Part shown: one piece after another, positions 46,859 through 56,117 of the stretch | Layout: each line of letters begins with the position of its first letter | How positions within the stretch are numbered: the first letter of the stretch is position 1 | Origin: Planctomycetota bacterium | GTDB lineage: Bacteria > Planctomycetota > SZUA-567 > H5-PLA8 | Reading direction: 5' to 3' | NCBI GenBank assembly: GCA_038227875.1 | Contig: JBBRPR010000002.1 | Span: 240,169-304,168, forward strand | DNA length: 64,000 nt | The notes under the pieces: generated by a model | The model's input: the letters and a program-made list of their open reading frames with translations, nothing else | What the model was told of the DNA's origin: nothing | Database searches by the model: none | Position numbers and translations under genes: made by a program

Positions 46859-49837
46859 ATGGAAGGCACTTTCAGCGCGCTGTTGCCTGTTGCGATCGGC
46901 ATTTTTGCCATCGCCACGGCGCTCTACAGCGGTATGTCGTACGGCTTCTACCATTTCGGATCGACCCTGCTGGGCCTGGGTTTTCTCTTCGGCCTGTTCC
47001 TGATTTTCGCGATCCTGATCCGGGCATCGCGCGGCTTCTTCAATCGCTTTGCCGGCCGCATCAACTTTGCGCTCTTCCTCATCGCCGTGCTCGGCGCCTA
47101 CTTCGCCTTCCTCTTTCAAGAAGGCAAGTACCCGATGGGCATCGACCTCGCCGGCGGAACGGAGCTGATCTACCGACTCGACTACACGCGCGCCAAGGAA
47201 AACATTGCGCGCACGAATGAACGGTTGACTGCCGAACGGGCGAAGGATTCCGAGTCCAAGGAAACCAAGAATCTCTCGTCGCAGATCGCAAATCTGGAGC
47301 AGGGCATCAAGACCGCGCCGGAAAAGGCCGCTGAAGTCGTCCGCCGCCGCATCGATCCGACCGGCACGAAGGGCATTCCCGTCACCACGCTCGGTAGCGC
47401 CCGCGAACGCCTGCGCATCCAGTTGCCCAAGGCCACGCCGCAGGAAGTCGAACGCATCAAGCAGGCGATCCAGACCCGCGGCCGCCTCGCCTTCCACATC
47501 GCCACCGACGACCAGACCATTATCCAGCAGGTCCAGCAGAGCACGACCAAGCCCAAGGTTTCTCCCGACGGCCAGTACGAAGAAAAGATCATCGAGAACA
47601 AGAAGACCATCAGCGGCGAAAAGTCCGAAGAAAAGATTTACGTCAAGCGCGTGCCCGACATGGACGGCTCCCACGTGGCGCTGGCCGTGGCGCGCCCGAG
47701 CCACGAAAGTTCGAGCTGGGAAATCGGCTTGAGCTTCGATGCCACCGGCGGCGTGGAATTCGGTCAGCTCACGCAGCGCAGCATCAAGAAGCGCATGGCC
47801 ATCGTCCTCGACGACGAAGCCAAGTCCGCGCCGACGATTCAGGAACAGATCAACAGTGAATGTCGCATCAGCGGCAGCTTTACCCAGAAGGAAGCCGAAG
47901 AACTGGCCGCCGTGCTCACGGCCGGCTCGCTCCCGGCTGAAGTGAAGCCGGAAAGTGAAATCCAGGTCGGTCCCAGCCTCGGCCAGGAACAGATCAGCAG
48001 CGGCATGCTGGCCACGGTGATCGGTACCGGCGTCGTCATCGTCTTCATGCTCATCTATTACCGTTTCTCGGGTTTGGTGGCGAGCTTCTGCATGCTGCTG
48101 AATCTCCCGATGTTGCTGGGCGCGATGGGCTTCTTCAAAGCCACGCTGACACTGCCGGGCATCGCTGGAATCGTGCTGACGCTGGGCATGGCCGTGGACG
48201 CCAACGTGCTGATCATCGAGCGTCTGCGCGAAGAATTGGCGCGTGGGCGGTCTCTGCGACAAGCCGTCACCCACGGTTTCGACCGCGCCTTCCTGACCAT
48301 CATCGACTGTCATTCCACGACGTTGATCTCGTCGATCATTCTCTACTATCTCGGTACGGGCCCGGTGCGCGGATTCGCGGTGTCGCTGTCGGTCGGAATT
48401 CTGACGACGCTGTTCTGCAATCTGTGGCTCAACTGGTTGATCATGGACTGGCTGGTCAGCCGCGACGCGGTGCCGAGCCTGAACATGATGCAGTTCTTCA
48501 AGGCCACGAACATCGACTTCATGGGCCAGCGCAAGATCTGGATGGCGATCACCGGCGCGCTGGCTCTGGGATCGATCATTCTCTTCGCGGTCGATCAGAA
48601 GGATCTTTACGACGTCGATTTCACCGGCGGCACGCGCATCCAGTTCAACTTTGCTCAAGGCAAATCGCAGAACCAGGATGAAGTGCGCAAGACTGTCGAA
48701 ACCAAGGTCGCGCAGCAATTGAAAACCAAGCAAGCCGCGGCGCTGGGCACGGAGGGCGTGGAACTGCAGGTGCAGTCGTTCGGCCAGCCGGAAACCGGCA
48801 CCAAGGACAAGTTCCGCAGCTACACGGTGACGACGCGCATCACCAATCCCGACGTGATCGAAGAACTGAGCAAGGACTTGATCGAACAGTTCAAGGCCGA
48901 TCTCGAACCCGATGCCGTGACGGTGACGGAGAAGAACATCGACGTGCGCTTGAATCAGGCCAGCGGTCTGAAGGCCGAAGACGCCAAGGCGCGCGTCAAC
49001 GCCGCGATTGCCGCTGCAGCCGCCGATCCGGGCAATCTGGAAATCAAGCCGTCGCTGGATGTATTGAAGGCGGCCGACGCGAAGACCGACAACGGCTACT
49101 ACCTGGTCGAACTGGGACCGGTGCCGGTCGATCCAGCGGTGAAAGCGAAAGTTGTTACGCTGGTCGCCGCCACCAAGATCGCCGACCGCGCCGACGGTGC
49201 GATCAGCCGCAAGGACGCGTTCGGCGCGCAGGTCGCCGGCGAAATGTGGAAGCAGGCTCTGCTGGCCCTGATCCTGGCCAACACAGCCGTGTTTATCTAC
49301 ATCTGGTTCCGCTTCGAGTTCTCCGGGGCGTGGGGTTTTGGCGCGATTGTGGCGCTGATCCACGACACGGTGATCGCGACGGGCGGCGTGGTGCTGCTGC
49401 ACATGCTCGCGCCGATCACGGGCTTCCAGATCCGCATCGACCTGAACATCGTCGCGGCGCTCCTTACCATCACCGGCTTCAGCGTCAACGATACGATCGT
49501 GGTCTTCGACCGTATCCGCGAAGTGAAGCTGGCGCATCCGACTCGAACCTACGAGGAAATCGTGAACGAAGCGGTCAACGCGACGCTGAGCCGCACGATT
49601 CTCACCAGCTTGACGGTGCTGCTGGCCGACGCGAGCTTGCTGATTTTCGGCGGCCCGACGATCCGCGGCATGGCGTACACGCTGCTGGTTGGGTTCTCGG
49701 TGGGAACGTACAGCTCCATCTTCATCGCCGCGCCGTTGATGATCTGGTGGTACCGCAAGTTCGGTGGCGGCAAGGCCGCTGCCCCGAGCACGCCGGTTCC
49801 CGCGGGCACCATTTCGGCCAAGGGCGCGCAGATCTAA
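46859..49837 (+). CDS. secDF: Fused protein translocase subunit SecDF
   Basis: 'GIDLAGG', 'MAIVLD', 'AGSLP', 'VGPSLG', 'TLPGIAGIVLTLGMAVDANVLI.ER', 'DFTGG', 'GFSVNDTIVVFDRIRE', 'TLSRT'. Confidence 0.97.
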   Translation: MEGTFSALLPVAIGIFAIATALYSGMSYGFYHFGSTLLGLGFLFGLFLIFAILIRASRGFFNRFAGRINFALFLIAVLGAYFAFLFQEGKYPMGIDLAGGTELIYRLDYTRAKENIARTNERLTAERAKDSESKETKNLSSQIANLEQGIKTAPEKAAEVVRRRIDPTGTKGIPVTTLGSARERLRIQLPKATPQEVERIKQAIQTRGRLAFHIATDDQTIIQQVQQSTTKPKVSPDGQYEEKIIENKKTISGEKSEEKIYVKRVPDMDGSHVALAVARPSHESSSWEIGLSFDATGGVEFGQLTQRSIKKRMAIVLDDEAKSAPTIQEQINSECRISGSFTQKEAEELAAVLTAGSLPAEVKPESEIQVGPSLGQEQISSGMLATVIGTGVVIVFMLIYYRFSGLVASFCMLLNLPMLLGAMGFFKATLTLPGIAGIVLTLGMAVDANVLIIERLREELARGRSLRQAVTHGFDRAFLTIIDCHSTTLISSIILYYLGTGPVRGFAVSLSVGILTTLFCNLWLNWLIMDWLVSRDAVPSLNMMQFFKATNIDFMGQRKIWMAITGALALGSIILFAVDQKDLYDVDFTGGTRIQFNFAQGKSQNQDEVRKTVETKVAQQLKTKQAAALGTEGVELQVQSFGQPETGTKDKFRSYTVTTRITNPDVIEELSKDLIEQFKADLEPDAVTVTEKNIDVRLNQASGLKAEDAKARVNAAIAAAAADPGNLEIKPSLDVLKAADAKTDNGYYLVELGPVPVDPAVKAKVVTLVAATKIADRADGAISRKDAFGAQVAGEMWKQALLALILANTAVFIYIWFRFEFSGAWGFGAIVALIHDTVIATGGVVLLHMLAPITGFQIRIDLNIVAALLTITGFSVNDTIVVFDRIREVKLAHPTRTYEEIVNEAVNATLSRTILTSLTVLLADASLLIFGGPTIRGMAYTLLVGFSVGTYSSIFIAAPLMIWWYRKFGGGKAAAPSTPVPAGTISAKGAQI

Positions 49838-49843
49838 GACGGA

Positions 49844-49885
49844 GTCATTGGTCAGTGGTCATCGGTCATTGGTCATTGGTCATTT
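49844..49885 (+). repeat. Heptamer tandem repeat (GTCATTG)x6
   Basis: gtcattg gtcagtg gtcatcg gtcattg gtcattg gtcattt. Confidence 0.8.
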
Positions 49886-49926
49886 TTCATTTAACGGACC
49901 GTGTGTCGTAGTTATCAGCGAATCAC

Positions 49927-49960
49927 GTGAGGCAGGCCCTGGTGGCCTGCCTCACTTTTT
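49927..49960 (+). terminator. Intrinsic terminator after secDF
   Basis: GTGAGGCAGGCC / GGCCTGCCTCAC stem followed by TTTTT. Confidence 0.88.
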
Positions 49961-50050
49961 ATGAACGAAAATATCTCCGCTTAAACGCCGTCCCTCTCCA
50001 GCTTTAGCCATTTGGTGCACAGAAAAACAGAGCGACCGTTTGATTTTCTA

Positions 50051-50100
50051 TAAGTGTATAGTGTACACTAAGACTGTAGATAGTGTTCGGTTAACACTAA
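50051..50100. promoter_or_regulatory. Two tandem NrtR-type operators (21-bp palindromes with GT-N7-AC core)
   Basis: TAAGTGTATAGTGTACACTAA (50051-50071) and ATAGTGTTCGGTTAACACTAA (50080-50100), just before RBS GGAGG at 50106. Confidence 0.72.
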
Positions 50101-50119
50101 TAACTGGAGGACGCCAACC

Positions 50120-50959
50120 GTGACCACGCACTTCGCCATCGCCGCAGGATCGGTCACCGGCCGCGACCATGCGCAGTGCGGGCGCGGGAATCAGGATGCC
50201 CTCCACATCGCCACGCGCGATCAAGTTACCGCACTTGTCGTCTGCGACGGCTGCGGGAGCAGCGCCCACAGCGAAATCGGCGCGTGGCTCGGCGCGCGCT
50301 GGACCGGCGAACTGCTCCTGAAGTACATGCTCAAAGACCCGGCCGCACTGAATTCCAACGAAACGGCGCAAGCACTTCTGGAACGCGTACGCCAACGCTT
50401 GCTGCGGCGGTTGCGCAGCCTGGTGCTCAGCGTCTCAGGTCCGAAAAACGAAGCGCTCACCGATGTCCTCTTCACCATCGTCGGCGCGCTGATCACGCCG
50501 ACGTACACGGTGCTCTACTCGCTCGGCGACGGACTGCTGGTGCTCAACGGCGATGCCCTGCGCATCGGGCCGTTTCCCGGCAACGAACCCCCGTACGTGG
50601 CCTACGGCCTCTGCCGCAGCGCCGAGCGAGCACCCAAGTTTACGCTCCACCACCGCATCGCGACGAGCGATGTTCGTTCACTCCTGGTCGGCACCGATGG
50701 CGCCGGAGACTGGACGGACATCGCCGCGAAGTTTCTGCCCGGGCGCACGGAACTCGCCGGGCCTTTAAGCCAGTTCTGGCAGGATGAGCGGTATTTCAAA
50801 AATGCCGATGCCATCCGCCGCAAGCTCGCGCTGGTCAACCGGCCCGCGACGCTCCCCGACTGGACCACACGGGCTGTGCAGCGCATCCCGGCGCTCCTGC
50901 GCGATGACACGACACTGATCGTCGCGCGGCGCATCGGCGGAGAGGCGGTGCAGCCATGA
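50120..50959 (+). CDS. PP2C-like protein phosphatase (YegK / PP2C_2 type)
   Basis: 'GSVTGRDH...NQDA', 'VVCDGCGSS..SEIGA', 'LGDG', 'GTDG', 'DDTT'. Confidence 0.87.
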   Translation: MTTHFAIAAGSVTGRDHAQCGRGNQDALHIATRDQVTALVVCDGCGSSAHSEIGAWLGARWTGELLLKYMLKDPAALNSNETAQALLERVRQRLLRRLRSLVLSVSGPKNEALTDVLFTIVGALITPTYTVLYSLGDGLLVLNGDALRIGPFPGNEPPYVAYGLCRSAERAPKFTLHHRIATSDVRSLLVGTDGAGDWTDIAAKFLPGRTELAGPLSQFWQDERYFKNADAIRRKLALVNRPATLPDWTTRAVQRIPALLRDDTTLIVARRIGGEAVQP

Positions 50960-52827
50960 AAATCCTCCTCGCTGGAAAAAAGATCGCGCTCGATCCGGCC
51001 AAGGCCTTCGGCAAAGGCGGCGAAGCCGACGTCTTCGATCTCGGCCAGGGCACCGCGCTGAAACTGTACAAGCAGCCCGATCATCCCGACTTCGACGGCT
51101 TCCCCGATCAGCAGGCCGCCGCGCAGCAGCGTCTCGACATGAACCAGCGCAAGCTTCCGCTTTTCCCGAAGCAGCTGCCGGAGCGCGTCGTCGTTCCCGA
51201 TCAGCTCGCGACCGATGCGAGCACCGGGCGCATCGCCGGGTACTCCATGAAACTGGTCGCCGGCGCCGAGCCGCTCCTGCGCTACAGCGAACGCGGATTC
51301 CGCCAGACGGCCGGCATCAAGCCGGGCGCCGTGGTCGAGATTTTGCGCGATCTGCACGCCAGCGTCCGCGCGCTCCACCGCGGCGGCGTGGTGATCGGCG
51401 ACTTCAACGATCTGAACGTGCTCGTCGCCGGGCAGAAAGCGCACCTGATCGACGCCGACAGCTTCCAGTTCGGCGCGTTTCTTTGCCCGATGTTCACGGT
51501 GAAGTTCGTCGACCCGGCCCTCTGCGCGCAGAACGCCAAGAGCCTCGACTTGATGCAGCCACACAACCGCGAATCGGACTGGTACGCGTTCGCGGTGATG
51601 CTGATGCAGTCGCTGCTCTACGTCCATCCGTACGGCGGCATCTATAAGCCGAAGGATCCCACACGGCGAATGCTGCATGACGAGCGGCCGCTGCAACGCA
51701 TTACGGTCTTCAATCCGGAAGTCGTCTACCCCAAGCCGGCGCTCCACTTTTCGATCCTCCCCGACGAGGTGCTCGACTTTTTCCACCGCGTCTTCGAACA
51801 GGACCAGCGCGGCGAAGTTCCGGAGCGTGTGCTCGATGCCATGGAGTGGTCGGTGTGCCCGGTCTGCGGCACGGAACACGCGCGCCGCATCTGCCCGCAT
51901 TGCGTTCACACCGCCCCCGCCGCGATCAAGTCCGTCACGCGCGTGCGTGGAACCGTCACCGCCACGCGCGTGTTCAAGACTCCCGGCGTGATCCTGCATG
52001 TGGCGCTCGACCGGGGACAGCCGCGCTGGCTTTACCATGAAAACAACGCCTTCAAGCGCGAAGACGGATCGACCGTCAGCGGCGGGCCCCTCGCACCGGG
52101 ATTGCGCTACCGGATTGTGAAGCAGGCGACGGTGCTGGGACGCGACGGCCAGTTCGCGGTGCTCGAAACCGGCAAGCCGCTGCGCCGGCAGAGCACCGAT
52201 GCGTTCCGCCATCTGCCCATGTTCGACGTCAACGCGCGGCACTGCTACTGGGCGCTGGGTGGACAGCTCTTCCGCGACGGAACGCTCGGGCCGGAATACA
52301 TCGGCGACGTGCTGCCCGAGCGGACTGTCTTCTGGGTGGGCGATCAATTTGGATTCGGCTTCTACCGCGCCGAGCGGCTGAGCGTCGCGTTCGTCTTCGA
52401 CGCCAACCAGCGCGGCATCAACGACCGCGTCAAGCTGCCGCGCCTGCGTGGGGAATTGATCGACGCTCACTGCGTCTTCGCCGGCAACCGCGCCTGGTTC
52501 TTCACTGCCGCGCAGGAGAACGGACGACACCGCAACCAGTGCACGGTTCTGGATTCCAGCGGCGCGATTCTCGCCACGGCCGAGGCGGAAGCCGGCGACG
52601 GAAGCTGGCTGGCCCACATTCGCGGTAAGTGCGGGGCGGGGGAGTTCCTCTTCGCACCGACCGACGCCGGCGTCGTCCGCCTGAAACTGGCCGGCGGCAC
52701 GATCGCCCTGGACCGCGAATTTCCCGACACGGAACCGTTCGTCGATGCGGATTCCGAACTGCTGGCCTCGCCGCACGGACTGGTCTGCGCGACGAAACAC
52801 GAGATTCAACTGCTCGCCTTTTCTTAA
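50956..52827 (+). CDS. YegI-like atypical Ser/Thr kinase with zinc ribbon and beta-rich C-terminal region
   Basis: 'GKGGEADVF', 'ALKLY', 'IGDFNDLNVL', 'LIDADSFQ', 'SDWYAFAV', CPVC..CPHC; ATGA overlap with phosphatase. Confidence 0.87.
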   Translation: MKILLAGKKIALDPAKAFGKGGEADVFDLGQGTALKLYKQPDHPDFDGFPDQQAAAQQRLDMNQRKLPLFPKQLPERVVVPDQLATDASTGRIAGYSMKLVAGAEPLLRYSERGFRQTAGIKPGAVVEILRDLHASVRALHRGGVVIGDFNDLNVLVAGQKAHLIDADSFQFGAFLCPMFTVKFVDPALCAQNAKSLDLMQPHNRESDWYAFAVMLMQSLLYVHPYGGIYKPKDPTRRMLHDERPLQRITVFNPEVVYPKPALHFSILPDEVLDFFHRVFEQDQRGEVPERVLDAMEWSVCPVCGTEHARRICPHCVHTAPAAIKSVTRVRGTVTATRVFKTPGVILHVALDRGQPRWLYHENNAFKREDGSTVSGGPLAPGLRYRIVKQATVLGRDGQFAVLETGKPLRRQSTDAFRHLPMFDVNARHCYWALGGQLFRDGTLGPEYIGDVLPERTVFWVGDQFGFGFYRAERLSVAFVFDANQRGINDRVKLPRLRGELIDAHCVFAGNRAWFFTAAQENGRHRNQCTVLDSSGAILATAEAEAGDGSWLAHIRGKCGAGEFLFAPTDAGVVRLKLAGGTIALDREFPDTEPFVDADSELLASPHGLVCATKHEIQLLAFS

Positions 52828-52851
52828 CTTTCTCATGAAAGGAGAAACACC

Positions 52852-53901
52852 ATGGTCGCTCCCAAACTCGCTCCACCCGCACTCCCGCCGTACTTCGACA
52901 AGAAGCTCGTCGGCAAAATCTGGCGCGTGCCGTACCAACAGCGCGCCGCCGAAGCCGAAGAGTGGTCGAAGAAGTACGCCATCCCACCGGCGGCGCGCGA
53001 CAACCCGCGCATCTGCCTGATGCTGATCGACGTTCAAAACACATTCTGCATGCCGGACTTTGAACTCTTTGTCGGCGGCCGTTCGGGCACCGGCGCCGTC
53101 GACGATAACGTCCGCATCTGCGAGTTCATCTACCGCAACCTCGCGCGGATCACCGAAATCGATCCGACCATGGACACGCACACCGCCATGCAGATCTTCC
53201 ACCCGATCTTCTGGATCGACGATGACGGCGGCCATCCCGCGCCGTTCACCAGCGTCGCCCTGGAAGATGTGCAGAAAGGAAAGTGGAAGGTCAATCCGGC
53301 CATCGCTAAGAGCATCGCGGGCGGAAATTACGTCGCGCTGCAACAATTCGCTCTGCACTACGTCACCACGCTGAGCAAGGCCGGGAAGTACCCGCTGACG
53401 ATCTGGCCGTATCACGCGTTGCTCGGCGGCATCGGTCATGCGCTGGTTCCGGCGGTGGAAGAGGCCTGTTTCTTCCACGCGGCGGCGCGGCACAGCCAGA
53501 CCGGATTTGAAATCAAAGGCGGCAACCCGCTGACGGAAAACTACTCGGTGCTGCGCCCGGAAGTTCTCGACGGCCCCGATGGCCGCGCGATCGCGCAGAA
53601 GAACACGCGCTTCATCAAGAAGCTGCTCGACTTCGACGCCGTGGTGATCGCCGGACAAGCCAAGAGCCACTGCGTGGCCTGGACCATCGACGATCTGCTC
53701 ACGGAGATCCTCGCGCAGGACCCGCAACTCGCGAAGAAAGTTTATCTGCTTGAAGACTGCACCTCCCCAGTCGTGGTGCCAGGCGTGATCGATTACACCG
53801 ACGCCGCCAACGACGCGTTCCAGCGCTTCGCCAAAGCGGGCATGCATATCGTCAAGTCGACAGATCCGGTGGAACGCTGGCCGGACCTCGCTGTTCCGTA
53901 G
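52852..53901 (+). CDS. Nicotinamidase-like cysteine hydrolase (isochorismatase superfamily, long form)
   Basis: D-K-C triad in 'LIDVQNTF', 'IKGG', 'GQAKSHCV'; metal ligands 'DTH', 'WPYH'. Confidence 0.85.
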   Translation: MVAPKLAPPALPPYFDKKLVGKIWRVPYQQRAAEAEEWSKKYAIPPAARDNPRICLMLIDVQNTFCMPDFELFVGGRSGTGAVDDNVRICEFIYRNLARITEIDPTMDTHTAMQIFHPIFWIDDDGGHPAPFTSVALEDVQKGKWKVNPAIAKSIAGGNYVALQQFALHYVTTLSKAGKYPLTIWPYHALLGGIGHALVPAVEEACFFHAAARHSQTGFEIKGGNPLTENYSVLRPEVLDGPDGRAIAQKNTRFIKKLLDFDAVVIAGQAKSHCVAWTIDDLLTEILAQDPQLAKKVYLLEDCTSPVVVPGVIDYTDAANDAFQRFAKAGMHIVKSTDPVERWPDLAVP

Positions 53902-54010
53902 TCCGGGCATCCTGCCCGGTCCGACGGACGGAATATGTTCTTTCAAGAACCGTTGTCGTGAATGTGACATTGAGATTTTCCAATACGACCGGGCGGGACG
54001 TCCGGACTAC
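53898..54010. repeat. REPIN-like inverted pair of GTAG-type REP sequences
   Basis: GTAGTCCGGGCATCCTGCCCGGTC (53898-53921) and GACCGGGCGGGACGTCCGGACTAC (53987-54010), 3 mismatches. Confidence 0.75.
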
Positions 54011-54028
54011 AAAAAAGGAGCACTACCC

Positions 54029-54817
54029 ATGAACCAGAACCCCGACATCACCCAACTCTTCCAGACCGCGCAGCAGGACGGCACGCTTTCGACGGAAGCC
54101 GCGCAAGCCTTGAGCGTCGTCGACATCGGCGCGCAGATTCAGGCGGGCCTCGGCACGCCAGTCGACAATGTTCAGAGCAGCGAAGTCATCCTCGTTACGA
54201 TGATGCCCGACGATTCCGGCTCGATCCGCTCAAGCGGCAATGCGCAGGTCGTACGCGACGGCCACAATCTCGTGCTCGACGCGCTGGCCTCCTCGAAGCA
54301 GAAGAGCGGTGTGCTGGCGCACACGCGGTACCTCAACGGACACGTCCTGTTTCCGTACTGTCCGCTCGACCAGAGCGTCCGATTGGACAAGAAGAACTAC
54401 AACCCGAGCCTGGGAACGCCGCTGTTCGATCAGACGGTGGTACTGCTTGGCACGGTGCTGGCGAAAGCGCAGCAGTTCTCCGACAACGGCGTCGCGGTGC
54501 GCACCGTGACGCTGATCATCACCGACGGCGCGGACGCCGGTTCACAACAAGCGACCGCCAAGACCGTCGCGCAGATTGTGCGCGACATGCTGAAGACCGA
54601 GCAGCACATCGTCGCCGCGATGGGCATCGACGATGGCTCGACATGTTTCAAAAGCATCTTCAAGAGCATGGGCATCAGCGACGAATGGATCCTGACTCCG
54701 GGCAATTCCCAGACGGAAATCCGCAAGGCGTTCCAGGTCTTCAGCCAGTCTGCGTTGCGCGCGAGCCAGTCGGCGCAGAACTTTTCCAAGATGGCAGCGA
54801 AGGGGTTCTTTAATTGA
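54029..54817 (+). CDS. vWA-domain protein (TerY-like)
   Basis: MIDAS 'DDSGS', 'TPLFD', 'IITDG', 'AMGI'; AGGAG RBS. Confidence 0.83.
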   Translation: MNQNPDITQLFQTAQQDGTLSTEAAQALSVVDIGAQIQAGLGTPVDNVQSSEVILVTMMPDDSGSIRSSGNAQVVRDGHNLVLDALASSKQKSGVLAHTRYLNGHVLFPYCPLDQSVRLDKKNYNPSLGTPLFDQTVVLLGTVLAKAQQFSDNGVAVRTVTLIITDGADAGSQQATAKTVAQIVRDMLKTEQHIVAAMGIDDGSTCFKSIFKSMGISDEWILTPGNSQTEIRKAFQVFSQSALRASQSAQNFSKMAAKGFFN

Positions 54818-54842
54818 GATCAGAACGTAATGATGAGTTATG

Positions 54843-54911
54843 AATGGTGCCACGGATGAACGGACATTTGAGCTGGCGCTCAAACATCCGCGCATCCGTG
54901 GCACCATTTTT
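54843..54911 (+). terminator. Long hairpin closing the operon (terminator or REP-like)
   Basis: AATGGTGCCACGGATG / CATCCGTGGCACCATT arms followed by T run, between convergent genes. Confidence 0.6.
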
Positions 54912-54917
54912 AATTCA

Positions 54918-55550
54918 TCAATCTTTCAACGACGGCGATTCGAGCGTCATGGTGCCTTTGATCTTCAGGCTGAACGGGCCGTCTTTGGAGATCTTGTAGT
55001 TGCCGCTCTTGGCGGTTTTGCCGTTGATCTCGATCTTCAGGACGAGGTCATGGACGGCGATGCTGACTTGGGTCTTCTCATCGGGCTTGACGATCAGGTC
55101 CGACGGCTTGGCGGGAATGAAATTGGGTTTGGCGGACGTGCCGATCTGAATCGGACCGTAGACCATCATTTTGCGCGGGTCCCATTCGAGGCCGAAACCG
55201 GTCACGGACGTCAACCGGGTGGTCATGTTGTTGGAGGTGGGCAGCACGTATTCCTTGGCTTCAAAACTGTTCCGGCAAAAGGCGTTGAGCGTACCCTTGG
55301 CGCCAGTGGCAATGGTGAACGAGAGGGTGCCGTCGGTTTTGGGAGATTCGAGCGATCCGTCGGTGGTTTCGAAAATGTTGGGCTTGGGCATTTTCCACGT
55401 TCCGTGGATCTCGGTGAAACCGGCGGCCTTCAACGCCTTCTCGGCGCCGGGATCGATCTCGTCTTTGACTTCCTTCTCTTTCACTTCAGCGGCTTGAAGG
55501 AGGCAGCAGAGCATAGGCACAAGTGCAATCAGCATAGGTTTAAGATTCAC
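54918..55550 (-). CDS. Hypothetical secreted protein
   Basis: Signal peptide, beta-rich mature region, AAGGAG RBS. Confidence 0.72.
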   Translation of the reverse strand: MNLKPMLIALVPMLCCLLQAAEVKEKEVKDEIDPGAEKALKAAGFTEIHGTWKMPKPNIFETTDGSLESPKTDGTLSFTIATGAKGTLNAFCRNSFEAKEYVLPTSNNMTTRLTSVTGFGLEWDPRKMMVYGPIQIGTSAKPNFIPAKPSDLIVKPDEKTQVSIAVHDLVLKIEINGKTAKSGNYKISKDGPFSLKIKGTMTLESPSLKD

Positions 55551-55574
55551 TTCGGGACTCCTTATAAAATGCTC

Positions 55575-56030
55575 TCACGAGCGTTCGATGGGTGGCGGAA
55601 TTTTGGTGGGCGGCTTGACTTCAATGCGGAACGTATCGAGCGCCGCCGCCGCGGAGACCGCCGGCGTTTTGGCCGGCGCGGGCCGGGGCGTGTAGTTGGC
55701 GGTGCTGACGGTATTCGGCGCGGGCTGTACGCGTGGGCCGGGGGTCACGGTGTCTGGAGCGCTGGTAGCGGTGGAAGCCGTTCCGGAATTGTAATCGGGG
55801 CGCAGCGTATTTTTCAGGTCGCTGAATTCCGAGGCGACCGCAGCGGCGTCCATCTCGCGTTTGATTTCCGACGTCGCTTCGTTCGCGGCGCGCTTGAATT
55901 CAGCGATCGTGCGCCCAACGTTGCGCGCCACCGAGGGCAGATTCTTGCCGAAGAGCAACAACGCAATCAGGCCGATGACCAGCGCATCGACGCTGAACAG
56001 ATTGGAGAGGGATGCGAGGGTCAGTTCCAT
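55575..56030 (-). CDS. tatA: TatA/TatB-family twin-arginine translocase subunit
   Basis: 'IALLLFGKNLPSVARNVGRTIAEFKR'; long Pro/Thr tail; start reassigned to ATG 56030. Confidence 0.85.
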   Translation of the reverse strand: MELTLASLSNLFSVDALVIGLIALLLFGKNLPSVARNVGRTIAEFKRAANEATSEIKREMDAAAVASEFSDLKNTLRPDYNSGTASTATSAPDTVTPGPRVQPAPNTVSTANYTPRPAPAKTPAVSAAAALDTFRIEVKPPTKIPPPIERS

Positions 56031-56117
56031 GCGGCGGCCATCCTGCGTTGCACTGCCCGGATTGTACACGGGTAGAGGACAACGTCAGCGCAAATTTTGA
56101 GGTTGTTGTGGTGAAAA

